Source of the DNA: a virus
Taxonomy: Duplodnaviria > Caudoviricetes
DNA length: 64,000 nucleotides
IMG/VR virus record: IMGVR_UViG_2623620512_000004
Coordinates: 8,375 to 72,374 of that record
Reading direction: 5' to 3' (one strand)
The stretch's first letter is position 1. Each line of letters starts with the position of its first letter. Positions 38,046 to 47,261 of the stretch are shown piece by piece. Below the pieces are notes generated by a model. That model ran no database searches, was not told where the DNA came from, and saw only the letters and a program-made list of their open reading frames with translations. The position numbers and the translations under genes are program-made.

Positions 38046-39043
38046 TCACCAAATAGATTTAGTTGTACGGTTCCTGTTTCGAGTTCCTTCATCCGCTCCT
38101 TGTCTGGATGCGGTGTGTAGTCCTCTCTGTAGAATCCGTTATCGCACAACCAGAAGAAATGCTCCCAACTGGCATCATCGTACTCCCCTTGAATGTGGGG
38201 CGTGAGTGCTGCCTGTTCGTCACGTATAAACTCCTGCTTTGTGCGCTTGCGAATTTTCCCTAAGTAGGTATGACAGTCATATACATACTCTGGTATCTGA
38301 TACTGAACATTGTCGAGCAGTCTGAGGTCTATCTTATCATTGTAGATGAAGTGAGGCAAGAAGAATCGCGTGTGACCCCATTTGCGGACTTTTAGCAACG
38401 TTGTTATCGCCTTGGAGTAGTAGAGTATAGTTGACTGCTTCGTTATTTCGTCTGCGGCCTTTAAATTACGTATTTCCTTGACCACTGGCTCAAAGCCCAT
38501 TTCCTGCGCTTTCATGATGAGCGTTTTCCAAGCGAACTTCCTGTAGTACACCAACAACTCATTGCAGGCGTACCCTGCATAGACATCATCACCTGCGTCT
38601 ATCGCATTGCGTAGGCAGATGGCGAGGTCAAACATACAGTGTCCGTTCTTGGTTGCACAGGACTTGTCATCGACTGGCTCTGGGCAATACTTACTGATGT
38701 CTAACGTATCTCTGGAGTTCAAGAGGTTGCAGGCGAAGTAGTCTGCATCCCTGTTCTTTCTCGCATTCAGCAACGTAGAGACAGCAACAGCGATATTCTT
38801 GTCATCCTGCCTTACTGCATCCTGCTCATGGAGTTCAACTATCCTTCCAGTAATCATATCGAAACAGTCCTCTGCCGATACGGTGAGCAACCTCTTCCAG
38901 AGATAGTTCCTGTACTTCGGTATCAACTCGTTAGCGGCATAGTAGGCGAGATTTGCATCCCTCCTTCTCAACGCTTTCTGAATGAGTGAAGATACCTCAA
39001 ACATATTATGTCCGTGTCTTGTGTAACCACCTTTTTGTGCCAT
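38042..39043 (-). CDS. RarA/MgsA C-terminal-like protein with no AAA domain and an internal duplication
   Basis: SSLIQKALRR.D...A.Y...YLWKRL..SAED; second copy begins ATKNGHCMFDL; YVYDCHT..G. Confidence 0.6.
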   Translation of the reverse strand: MAQKGGYTRHGHNMFEVSSLIQKALRRRDANLAYYAANELIPKYRNYLWKRLLTVSAEDCFDMITGRIVELHEQDAVRQDDKNIAVAVSTLLNARKNRDADYFACNLLNSRDTLDISKYCPEPVDDKSCATKNGHCMFDLAICLRNAIDAGDDVYAGYACNELLVYYRKFAWKTLIMKAQEMGFEPVVKEIRNLKAADEITKQSTILYYSKAITTLLKVRKWGHTRFFLPHFIYNDKIDLRLLDNVQYQIPEYVYDCHTYLGKIRKRTKQEFIRDEQAALTPHIQGEYDDASWEHFFWLCDNGFYREDYTPHPDKERMKELETGTVQLNLFGE

Positions 39044-39128
39044 ATTCCTTGTATATTGGTTTATAGTGCAAAGGTAACTATTATTTATGAGAATAACGAA
39101 CGTTTATCAGAGTTTAACGCTTTGACTA

Positions 39129-39863
39129 TCAGCGTTTTATGTTTATCTTCGCTTGGTTCTTGCGAACGTCATACGAGTAGTACTTACCCCATTTGTTTTC
39201 CATAGCCAGACGGCCTTGATAGGTCTCTTCTCTGGTGTTGGTCTCTCCACCGCTGTTGACCTCCATCTGACCTGCATCAGACAGGAAATACTTTGGCTGT
39301 AGAGTGATGCGGTTGAGCAACATTTCCTGCATGGCCATATCAATATCCGATGAGGCCATATCCTTGCAGTCGTACTTGGCTTTGAGGCAATTCTTGTTGA
39401 CCCATCGACAATGACCGGGCATTCCTTTGAAGTTCCACTCCTTGTCATAGGCGAAGAGCGTTTTCTGGGGGCCGTCATACGCAAGACCGAGATCCAAATC
39501 AACTAACATCTGGGCTATTCGCTCCACCTCCGCTGTGACGGTCTCTACAGGATTGATGAAGTTTGCGCTGTCTATCGGCAACCAGTTATTCATCCTGTAG
39601 ATGAAGCGAGTGATGTCATCATCCGCAATGAATATAACATCTTCTGGGGTGTTCCAGATAGTCCACCATAGCGTATCCATGAAGTTCCAGACAGGACAAT
39701 CCTTGGGAATGATGAGCAGGTTATCCACTCCTGCCTCCCTGTACTTGTCTGCCTCTTCCTCTCTGACCACATACGTACAGTACTCGAACAAGTCCTTGGT
39801 AACGATGCGGTCATACCTCTGGTAGGACATGACGTAGATGTTAAAGGAAATACCTGCTGTCAT
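39129..39863 (-). CDS. GT-A fold glycosyltransferase (TET-associated/phage DNA glycosyltransferase-like)
   Basis: IYVMSYQR, YVVREEE..KY, FIADDDI (DxD), SDIDM..Q and GG motifs. Confidence 0.7.
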   Translation of the reverse strand: MTAGISFNIYVMSYQRYDRIVTKDLFEYCTYVVREEEADKYREAGVDNLLIIPKDCPVWNFMDTLWWTIWNTPEDVIFIADDDITRFIYRMNNWLPIDSANFINPVETVTAEVERIAQMLVDLDLGLAYDGPQKTLFAYDKEWNFKGMPGHCRWVNKNCLKAKYDCKDMASSDIDMAMQEMLLNRITLQPKYFLSDAGQMEVNSGGETNTREETYQGRLAMENKWGKYYSYDVRKNQAKINIKR

Positions 39864-40875
39864 AGAACTTCTTCATCTTAAGTCCAAACTCGATTTTCTG
39901 GAACTGGCCAATATCAGAATAGTCACCCAACAGGTTCTTGCAGCGAAGGTAGAGCATATTCACTCCTGCCTTCCAGACGAACGGCAGCGAGGCGTTCACT
40001 CTGGGGTTCACCTCCAACAGTACAACCCATCCTTCTGGAGTGATGCGGAAGTCGAAACAGGCGTTTCCGTCAAGGTCGAGTTCCTTAACCAGTTTCTCCA
40101 CTATCTCGTAGGCTTGCTGATTGTAGGCTATCTCTCCGTCAATGATGGCACCATAGGACATCTGATGACCGATGTAGCCAACGATATGAGTAACCTTTCC
40201 CTTGACTGCCAGGACGCTTACTGAATAGTCCTTACCATCAACGTACTCCTGCAGGATAACAGTTGTCTTTCTCTGACAAAGGACTTCACAGAGGTCATCC
40301 ATGCTGATATATCGGTTCTCTCCTAACTTGTTGAAGAGCGTGATGTCTCTGGCCTTCTCATCATCAACGATGGCGAAGCCGTTACCTCCTGCATGGTCTG
40401 ACAGCTTACAGCACATCTTATTACCAATGCGGATGGTTCGCAGGAAATCTACTGCGTCCGCATAACAGGTAGGTATCATCTGCTTCGGCATGAGCGAGGA
40501 ATAATGCTTCTGGAGTTCAATCTTATTATTCGCAACGGCAATACACTCTGGAGAGGCTACAGACACCATGATTCCTTGGTTCTCGAAGAAAGGCTTGTAT
40601 TTAGCCATCAGTTCAAGTTCTACGGTGGCCGTAGGGATAATGATGTCAATCTTCCACAATTCGCAGTAGTGCCGCAACAATTCCAGATACTTGCTGTCTG
40701 TAATCGGAGGAACTACAGCGCACCCTTCAACCATACCGACTGGCGGCAGGTTGTGAGGGTTGCAGTTGACGGCATACACATTGACGTTTACACCATCCTC
40801 ATTCTGTTTGAGGCTATCTATACGCTCCTTGACGTGGTTAGCACAACAAGTCAGCAGAACATTGAAATCTCTCAT
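39841..40875 (-). CDS. ATP-grasp enzyme (carbamoyl-phosphate-synthase-like)
   Basis: IDIIIPT..EL, ILQEYVDG.DYSV, LLEVNPR. Confidence 0.8.
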   Translation of the reverse strand: MRDFNVLLTCCANHVKERIDSLKQNEDGVNVNVYAVNCNPHNLPPVGMVEGCAVVPPITDSKYLELLRHYCELWKIDIIIPTATVELELMAKYKPFFENQGIMVSVASPECIAVANNKIELQKHYSSLMPKQMIPTCYADAVDFLRTIRIGNKMCCKLSDHAGGNGFAIVDDEKARDITLFNKLGENRYISMDDLCEVLCQRKTTVILQEYVDGKDYSVSVLAVKGKVTHIVGYIGHQMSYGAIIDGEIAYNQQAYEIVEKLVKELDLDGNACFDFRITPEGWVVLLEVNPRVNASLPFVWKAGVNMLYLRCKNLLGDYSDIGQFQKIEFGLKMKKFYDSRYFL

Positions 40876-40876
40876 A

Positions 40877-41491
40877 TCACTTCTTCTTTTTGGGTACTAT
40901 CTTGGCTTTCATGTCATCATACCAGATGGCACGTGCCTTAATCTTTCTATCCTTATCTCTGGTATGCGCTATCAGCACCTTCTTATCTTCAATGCCGAGA
41001 GCACGAATGAGGTTGTTATAGTCCACCTCATTACGGCAGACAATCATCACATAGTCATACTTCTCATAGCGTATCAACTCCATGTCCTTAATCTTTGGCT
41101 CCTTGGTGGTCAATACGGTCAAATCAGTAGAGAGGTCAATATGGAGGCTTCCAGTCCATTCAGCCAGTTTCTTCATGTCCCATTCTCCTGCATGGGTGTT
41201 GGCTTTGATGTTAACGGCTTTCTTCTCTCCATCAGAGTAGCCTATCAGACGTTTGCAGAGCACTGTCCTGTTGGGGTCTATGGCATACAGTATCTTCACT
41301 CTCTGGTTACCAGACAGAATACTGTTCTTCTCATCAATGACGATGACGCCAAAATCACCCAACTTTTCCAAGGATTCCTCCAAGGCCTGCTTACGCTTTG
41401 GAGTGAGAGGCTTACGAGGGTTCTCAAACTCGAAGTTCAAATCCTTCACTTTGAGTTCTACTACTTCAATTCGTTTTTCTTGCTGTTCCAT
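40877..41491 (-). CDS. ParB-like N-terminal domain protein
   Basis: ENPRK...L.ESLEKLG....IVIDE...ILSGNQR; N...GEWD..KL. Confidence 0.8.
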   Translation of the reverse strand: MEQQEKRIEVVELKVKDLNFEFENPRKPLTPKRKQALEESLEKLGDFGVIVIDEKNSILSGNQRVKILYAIDPNRTVLCKRLIGYSDGEKKAVNIKANTHAGEWDMKKLAEWTGSLHIDLSTDLTVLTTKEPKIKDMELIRYEKYDYVMIVCRNEVDYNNLIRALGIEDKKVLIAHTRDKDRKIKARAIWYDDMKAKIVPKKKK

Positions 41492-41964
41492 ACGGTCTTT
41501 GTCATTTCAAATCTATGCACATTGGTATTCGTAAAGGACAGCCCTACACTGTAGAATCCAAGCGAACGTGCCACTCTGAATGATGGCAGGTTGTCCGAGT
41601 TTACCCAGATATACAGCAGGTCAAGGCCGAGCACGTCAAAGCCTATTTCCATAGCCTGTATGACGGCACGTTTGCAGATGCCCTTTCCCCACATATCCTT
41701 CCTCAGAATGTAGTAGCCGATGGCGGCTGTTCCGAAGCCAATCTGCTTCAAACTGACAACTCCAACAGCTACATTGTCTGCCATAATGGCAAACATTCGG
41801 TTCCTTGCGTCCTGCCCTCTGAATATGTAGCACTGCTCTTCTGTCTGGAGCGTTGCAGGTAAGGGAGTGTCGCAACTGGTGAACTTCCAGATTTCTGGAT
41901 CGTTCCTGTACTGCCATGTATCGGCAGCGTGTCGTTTCTCTAACGGTTCAATTCTGACTTCCAT
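41461..41964 (-). CDS. GNAT (RimJ/RimL-like) acetyltransferase
   Basis: YRNDPEIW, IGYYIL.K.MWGKGI, V.SDN.PS..V...LGF. Confidence 0.85.
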   Translation of the reverse strand: MEVRIEPLEKRHAADTWQYRNDPEIWKFTSCDTPLPATLQTEEQCYIFRGQDARNRMFAIMADNVAVGVVSLKQIGFGTAAIGYYILRKDMWGKGICKRAVIQAMEIGFDVLGLDLLYIWVNSDNLPSFRVARSLGFYSVGLSFTNTNVHRFEMTKTVWNSKKNELK

Positions 41965-43043
41965 AATTCCATTGCTCTTAAGATTATATCGTCCATATCG
42001 TAATACTTGTATTCTGCCAGCCTACCCCCAAAGATGACCTTCTCTTCTTTGTCGGCCAGTGCCTTGTATTGCTGATAGATGGCATTGTTCTTCTCATCAT
42101 TGACAGGGTAGTACGGCTCTCCTGTTTCCTTGATGGATGCAGGGTACTCTTCCGTGATGACTGTTTTCTTGACTGGCTCCTTGGGCTGTTGGAAATGGCG
42201 GTGCTCAACACGTCTGGTATAAGGTATTCCTCCCCAAGTCTCATTGACTACTGCCACTCCTTGATAGTTCTCTTCATCCAAGGTAAACTGATTGAAGCGA
42301 AGGGAACGGTATTCGAGTTCTCCAAACCTGTAGTCATAGAACTGGTCAATACGTCCTGTGAAAAGCACTCTGTCACACATATCAAAGACCTTTCCTTTTG
42401 CATCGAATAGGTCCAGTCCAGGAATGGCCTCTGAGCCTTCAAGAAGTTTGTTGATGAGGGAATTATATCCCCCATCGGGAATAAACTCGTAGCGGTCGTT
42501 AAAATAACGGTTATTGAACGTGAATCTGACTGGCAGGCGAGTAATGATGTTGGCAGGGAGTTTCGTACATGGCCGTCCCCATTGTTTCTCCGTGTAGCCC
42601 TTTATCAGCTTACGGTAGATGTCCTTGCCTACGAGCGAGATTGCCTTATCCTCCAAGTTCCGAATTTCCTTGATGCACTTGCTCTGTTCGGCTATCTTCT
42701 GCATTGCTTCCTGTGGAGTGACCACACCCCACATCTGGCAGAACGTGTTCATGTTGAACGGCATATTGTACATCTTACCCTTGTAGTGGGCCATCGGAGT
42801 ATTCACATAAGGATTGACCTTTACCAGAGAGGTGACAAACTTGAACACTTCCTCGCTGTCTGTGTGGAAAATGTGTGGGCCGTACTTATGCACAATGATA
42901 CCATCAACATTCTCACAATAGACATTGCCTCCGAGGTGCTGCCGCTTGTCAATGACAAGGCACGTCCTACCAGAATCCGTGGCCAGACGTGCGAAGGTGC
43001 TTCCGAAGAGACCTGCCCCTACTATCAGATAATCATATTTCAT
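41940..43043 (-). CDS. glf: UDP-galactopyranose mutase
   Basis: DYLIVGAGLFG, HKYGPHIFHT, YTEKQWG, EPYYPVND, GRLAEYKYYDMD. Confidence 0.95.
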   Translation of the reverse strand: MKYDYLIVGAGLFGSTFARLATDSGRTCLVIDKRQHLGGNVYCENVDGIIVHKYGPHIFHTDSEEVFKFVTSLVKVNPYVNTPMAHYKGKMYNMPFNMNTFCQMWGVVTPQEAMQKIAEQSKCIKEIRNLEDKAISLVGKDIYRKLIKGYTEKQWGRPCTKLPANIITRLPVRFTFNNRYFNDRYEFIPDGGYNSLINKLLEGSEAIPGLDLFDAKGKVFDMCDRVLFTGRIDQFYDYRFGELEYRSLRFNQFTLDEENYQGVAVVNETWGGIPYTRRVEHRHFQQPKEPVKKTVITEEYPASIKETGEPYYPVNDEKNNAIYQQYKALADKEEKVIFGGRLAEYKYYDMDDIILRAMELWKSELNR

Positions 43044-43548
43044 AGTTCTGTAACTTTGCTGCAAAGATAGGCATTTTTATTTGAATAACAAATACTTTTC
43101 ACACTTTTTGAGTTATTCAGAGGTCAAACAGCCATCCTTCGACTGCTTTTGGCTTGGGTGGATGGGTGCAAGAGACTCAACCATCATGCTCATTACACCA
43201 TTCGTAACGGATGAAGTAAGGACACTTATTCTGTCCGCTTCCAGAGTAACATTCATCATGTTCCAAGTCTCTTTCTCCAAAAGGACACACCATCACTTTC
43301 GGATGGCTTTTGTGATGTATTGTCGGCACATACGTAATCATATTTCAAAAATTTAGCGTCAACTGTATTGGTCTGGCAGGATGGGCGGCTTTCGTCCTCG
43401 CATAGATGGGACACTCATTCCTGTATGCACAGTTCCCTGCCTTTGCCTCAGAGAAACGCAACACCCGAACAACATTCCTATTGTCTTGTATGTTATTCCT
43501 GCGCCTTTCAATACGAAGAATGACACAAAATCATCTTGCTCTAATTTC

Positions 43549-44016
43549 CTATACATAGTCTTTGATTTTGTTGATGTATTCTGGAAACTCGCTTATCGGG
43601 TATGTATCTTTGACAAGCGCATCTATCTCAGCACTGACTTTTGCTTTCTTTGCCTCGTTATCTTGGCTTTTGAATCCGAAGAGGTCATCATCCACAACAG
43701 GCATATTGAGTTGTTTCAGTTTCCTTTGTCGAGACTTTAATAGTACCTCCCTACGATAATCATGCCACTCCTTACCTAACAAGATGTCCTGTCGGCCTCC
43801 ACTCAGAAAGACTGCCCTTTTGGGGTTGCGGACTTTTACAAGAGCGGCCAGATACTCAAAATACCACGACCACCTTACTGCGAAGTCTGGTGACATTCCA
43901 GAACGGTAATAAACAACATCGTCAACATGATAGCGGTCAGTCTCAGATGTAACACTTATCTTCACGACACAGACATACTTACCAGGACCATCAATCGTTG
44001 TTTCTTTTTGTTTCAT
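43549..44016 (-). CDS. Hypothetical protein
   Basis: AAGAGCA-ATG start. Confidence 0.6.
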   Translation of the reverse strand: MKQKETTIDGPGKYVCVVKISVTSETDRYHVDDVVYYRSGMSPDFAVRWSWYFEYLAALVKVRNPKRAVFLSGGRQDILLGKEWHDYRREVLLKSRQRKLKQLNMPVVDDDLFGFKSQDNEAKKAKVSAEIDALVKDTYPISEFPEYINKIKDYV

Positions 44017-44022
44017 TGCTCT

Positions 44023-44235
44023 TTACTTCTTTGAATAAGGGTTGTGTTCTTTGTACCGATTCCAGTCTGCTACTGTCCTATAACGGATGATGTGCTTATC
44101 AACACCATAACGCTCACCAACGATAGCCGTTCTCTCATGCTTCTGGATGAAACGGATAATGTCTTTGGCGGTGAGGCCCTTAAACTGTTCTGGGTCAAAG
44201 ATGACCTCGATTCCATTGCTCTTCTTGCTACTCAT
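44023..44235 (-). CDS. Hypothetical protein
   Basis: 70-aa ORF in the island. Confidence 0.5.
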   Translation of the reverse strand: MSSKKSNGIEVIFDPEQFKGLTAKDIIRFIQKHERTAIVGERYGVDKHIIRYRTVADWNRYKEHNPYSKK

Positions 44236-44509
44236 TTTGTTTCAGCTTTTCGGTTATCATATTCAATTTCTCTTGATATGCCTGCAACTGGCCGCTCAGT
44301 CGAGCAACAGCCAGTTCAGCCCTTGTTACATCTTCTTGGCTTCTGGCGAAGAAAGATGTTCCAGATTCAACCAACTTCATGCGCTTCTTCAGTGATGCGA
44401 TAACTTTCTTGAAGCCCTTGACGTTTGGCATGGCACCAGAGGCGAAAGCCTTTTCAAGTTCATCCTTGATGCTCTGGTATGAGGATTGCTTCATTTCTTC
44501 TGTAGTCAT
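44228..44509 (-). CDS. Hypothetical coiled-coil protein
   Basis: AAGAGCA-ATG start. Confidence 0.55.
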   Translation of the reverse strand: MTTEEMKQSSYQSIKDELEKAFASGAMPNVKGFKKVIASLKKRMKLVESGTSFFARSQEDVTRAELAVARLSGQLQAYQEKLNMITEKLKQNE

Positions 44510-44521
44510 TGCTCTTTTCGT

Positions 44522-44821
44522 TTAGTCATACATACGTGCGAGTGCTTCACTCTCAAATCTATCATAGATGCGCCAGAGTACATTTCCTGTGTTTTCAGAA
44601 TCCGTTGCCTCTGGATGCGAACAGAGGGTAAAGAACGTATCTTCAAGGTCTCGTGCCTGCCAGTCAAATTCTGTACCCTTATTGTAAGGACACTTTTTAC
44701 AGCGGTCACCACCTACCTTTGCAGGCAAACCACTCAAACGACACTTTTCATCGTGCCGTCTGATGTGCCAGTCACGTGTTATCTTACGTGTGGAGTAGTC
44801 ATAGGTCATTGCCATAGTCAA
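44522..44821 (-). CDS. Cys-rich hypothetical protein
   Basis: C...VGG..C..CPY...C.H pattern. Confidence 0.55.
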   Translation of the reverse strand: MTMAMTYDYSTRKITRDWHIRRHDEKCRLSGLPAKVGGDRCKKCPYNKGTEFDWQARDLEDTFFTLCSHPEATDSENTGNVLWRIYDRFESEALARMYD

Positions 44822-44967
44822 TCATCCTTTTCCTTATAACCATCCTCACACTCTTCACTTCCTGCATTTCTGGGAGCACCTTTCCAGTAGCACCAACCAC
44901 GATTGCGAGAGAAGTCTGGTTCGAAATAGCCACAGGTACGACATTTCCGATTTACTACTGCCATAAT

Positions 44968-45222
44968 TCAGTCATCAAGAGAGTAACCAAGTTCATTCAG
45001 TGCAGCGACAACTTCCTCTGGCAGTTCAAAACAGCCATCGTAGTCCTCAATCTGCTTGCCGTCAAACCAGATTCCACCTTCCATGTAGGTTTCCTCATCA
45101 TCCTCATCTTCTTGGTACTCCCAAGAACCATACTCGCCATCAATATCGAGTTTTACCCATGCACCGTTATCAAACTTGTATTCACGTGCACCATCCTTAA
45201 CGTTCTTTTCTACGATTTCCAT
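44968..45222 (-). CDS. Small, highly acidic protein
   Basis: AGAGCA-ATG start; GGIWF...DYDGCFELP.EV..AL..LG. Confidence 0.65.
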   Translation of the reverse strand: MEIVEKNVKDGAREYKFDNGAWVKLDIDGEYGSWEYQEDEDDEETYMEGGIWFDGKQIEDYDGCFELPEEVVAALNELGYSLDD

Positions 45223-45267
45223 TGCTCTATCTTTTAGATGGCAGGGTGGTTAGCCCTGCCGTTACCT

Positions 45268-45651
45268 TTACTTCTTGTTCGCTACAGTGACCAGCCAGTC
45301 TATCTCTGCTTCTGTGAGCGGATATTCCTGCTGACGCTTCCAGTTGATGATGAACAGCTTTCCAACTGCATCTTCCAGTCTGTCGTAAATCTCGGATGGG
45401 ATATGACCGTCAAAGTCATCTATCAAACCACGGACGAAGTTCTCCTTCTGCTCCTTGGCCTTCTTCTCGGTGTCCTTGACCTGCTTCTGGTAGATTTCAG
45501 CCTTCTGGTAGAAGTTACAACCTAACTCCAGACCGAAGTCATTCTTGATGTTCTCACACATCTGGTCGATGTCGTGCTCTCCGAAGAAGTCCGCAAAATA
45601 GGTATCACCTTTGAGGGACTGTAAATTCTGAATTTCTTCTGCTCGTTTCAT
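45268..45651 (-). CDS. Hypothetical protein
   Basis: First gene after the promoter at 45671-45714; AAGAGCA-ATG start. Confidence 0.65.
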   Translation of the reverse strand: MKRAEEIQNLQSLKGDTYFADFFGEHDIDQMCENIKNDFGLELGCNFYQKAEIYQKQVKDTEKKAKEQKENFVRGLIDDFDGHIPSEIYDRLEDAVGKLFIINWKRQQEYPLTEAEIDWLVTVANKK

Positions 45652-45670
45652 TGCTCTTTACTTTTAGGGG

Positions 45671-45714
45671 TTTGCTCTGGCAAAGTTAGTCAAAGGTTTC
45701 TGAAAATCAAAACG
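45671..45714 (-). promoter_or_regulatory. Early-type promoter
   Basis: CGTTTTGATTTTCAGAA..TAACTTTGCCAGAGCAAA. Confidence 0.75.
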
Positions 45715-45747
45715 AATAATCATTGAATTTCAGCACATTACAGTTGT

Positions 45748-46008
45748 TTAACTGTTGACTTCTGGAGGCTTAACAGAGGATAACTTTTTATTCTTATAGT
45801 TCTCCCTACGCTTCTGCAAACGTGCCTGACGTTCCTCTGGTGTCTCACGTTCCTTCTTGCGCCTGTAGTAATTCCGTGAGGCTTCACGATGAGCCTCTTG
45901 GCTTGCAGGTGTAAGAGTAGAGGGAGAAAGACGCTGTGCGGCCTTGATTTGGCCCTTGTGCGTCTCGTAATACTTGCGGTTATAGATGCGCTTTGCTTCC
46001 TTATCCAT
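45748..46008 (-). CDS. Basic hypothetical protein
   Basis: YNRKYYE..K and RETPEER.ARL repeats. Confidence 0.5.
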   Translation of the reverse strand: MDKEAKRIYNRKYYETHKGQIKAAQRLSPSTLTPASQEAHREASRNYYRRKKERETPEERQARLQKRRENYKNKKLSSVKPPEVNS

Positions 46009-46405
46009 TACTCTTCAATGCTTTTTGTAAGACTTCATCAATACATTCAGCAGCCCATCCAACGAGGTATGAGTGCATTTCATCATCACCAGTATCTAAA
46101 CCTTGGCCACAGGCCTTAAAGATGGCGTTCGCTACATGATCGGCTTCGTGGGCTATCGTCCCTACGGTCATTACCTCTGGCTTGTGCAACCAGACCAGAA
46201 TACCTCTCCAAGCATCCTTCTTCTCGATGACATACGGCAGCGTGATACAGTTGGAATCTTCCAGTTCGCTTTCGCTTATCTGGTAGTTGTCACAGTCTGG
46301 GTCTAAGAAGGTGTTTTCAATATCATCCTTGCAACCACCAAAGGCAACAAACAGCTTCCTTGGGAATGGCGTTGGCTTGAACTCAAACAATCTGAACTTT
46401 CCCAT
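46001..46405 (-). CDS. HExxH-motif hypothetical protein
   Basis: IAHEADH...DE.HSYLVGW. Confidence 0.65.
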   Translation of the reverse strand: MGKFRLFEFKPTPFPRKLFVAFGGCKDDIENTFLDPDCDNYQISESELEDSNCITLPYVIEKKDAWRGILVWLHKPEVMTVGTIAHEADHVANAIFKACGQGLDTGDDEMHSYLVGWAAECIDEVLQKALKSNG

Positions 46406-47013
46406 CAGTCAACCCTTTCTATACCGTAAACGTAAACATAGCCGTTCCTGTCCCATGTACCTTTGCCACACGTCTTATCAATGAGAGAGGCGAAAGCGTC
46501 TCTGGGTGTGGCAAACATTTCCGGAGTTCCGTAGTACTGGTATCGGACAACAGGATTCATATTGCAATCTATTACATCGTCTCTCCTGTAGATACCTTCT
46601 TCCAGGCACTCTTCATCAGAGATACATTTCAGCTGCTCAAACCTCACCTCCGTTATGCGGACATGATGAGGCATCAACTCAGCCTTGACATACATCTTGT
46701 TCGTGCAGCCGATGTGGTTCTGCTCGACCATTATGATGACCTCGTTCTCGATGCTCGTTGGCATATACTCTTCCTCCAACAGTTCCTTGTAACTCTGTTG
46801 GATGGCAACAATATCACCAACATTATAAGGACTTTTGCTGATGGCAAACTCTTCAAGGGAAAGGTAATCTTCCTTACCCTTCATTTCGTTGGCCACAACG
46901 TAGATGGCATACTGTTTCTCAACCTTCTTACCATCACGTCTGGTTTTCGTTTTGGTGCGAGAGAGTACGGCCCTTTGCAGACCGTACTTCTCATTGAACA
47001 TCATCTTCTTCAT
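46405..47013 (-). CDS. ASCH/PUA-like domain protein
   Basis: MMFN....AVL..TKTKTRR; ITEVRFEQL..IS.EECL.EGI; W..N.YVYVY. Confidence 0.7.
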   Translation of the reverse strand: MKKMMFNEKYGLQRAVLSRTKTKTRRDGKKVEKQYAIYVVANEMKGKEDYLSLEEFAISKSPYNVGDIVAIQQSYKELLEEEYMPTSIENEVIIMVEQNHIGCTNKMYVKAELMPHHVRITEVRFEQLKCISDEECLEEGIYRRDDVIDCNMNPVVRYQYYGTPEMFATPRDAFASLIDKTCGKGTWDRNGYVYVYGIERVD

Positions 47014-47261
47014 TTCAGCTTACTTATTGCATCGTCAAACACACCTCTCAGTCCGTTGCTGTAGCGATGGTTAAAGACGTGCTTTCTGAAATACTCAGAT
47101 ACGTCCTTATCCCAATAGCCGCTGTTGATAACAACCTTGACCCTTTTCTCCAGTTCTCGAATGACATTGGCATTATGCTTGTTCCTTCTGCTGACGTGTT
47201 CGTTCCAAAGTCTCTTCACGTCTTTCCATGAGCAGGGGATTTTGATTACAACCTCTTTCAT
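47010..47261 (-). CDS. Hypothetical protein
   Basis: ATGA-coupled 83-aa ORF. Confidence 0.5.
   Translation of the reverse strand: MKEVVIKIPCSWKDVKRLWNEHVSRRNKHNANVIRELEKRVKVVINSGYWDKDVSEYFRKHVFNHRYSNGLRGVFDDAISKLK

Noticed and set aside
43177-43179. In-frame TGA as evidence of stop-codon recoding
   Set aside because: It is a single case; long genes are intact in the standard code and TGA, TAG and TAA all act as stops.
44214-44223. Extra AAGAGCAATG copy
   Set aside because: It is internal and out of frame in 44023..44235, so it was not counted as a gene start.
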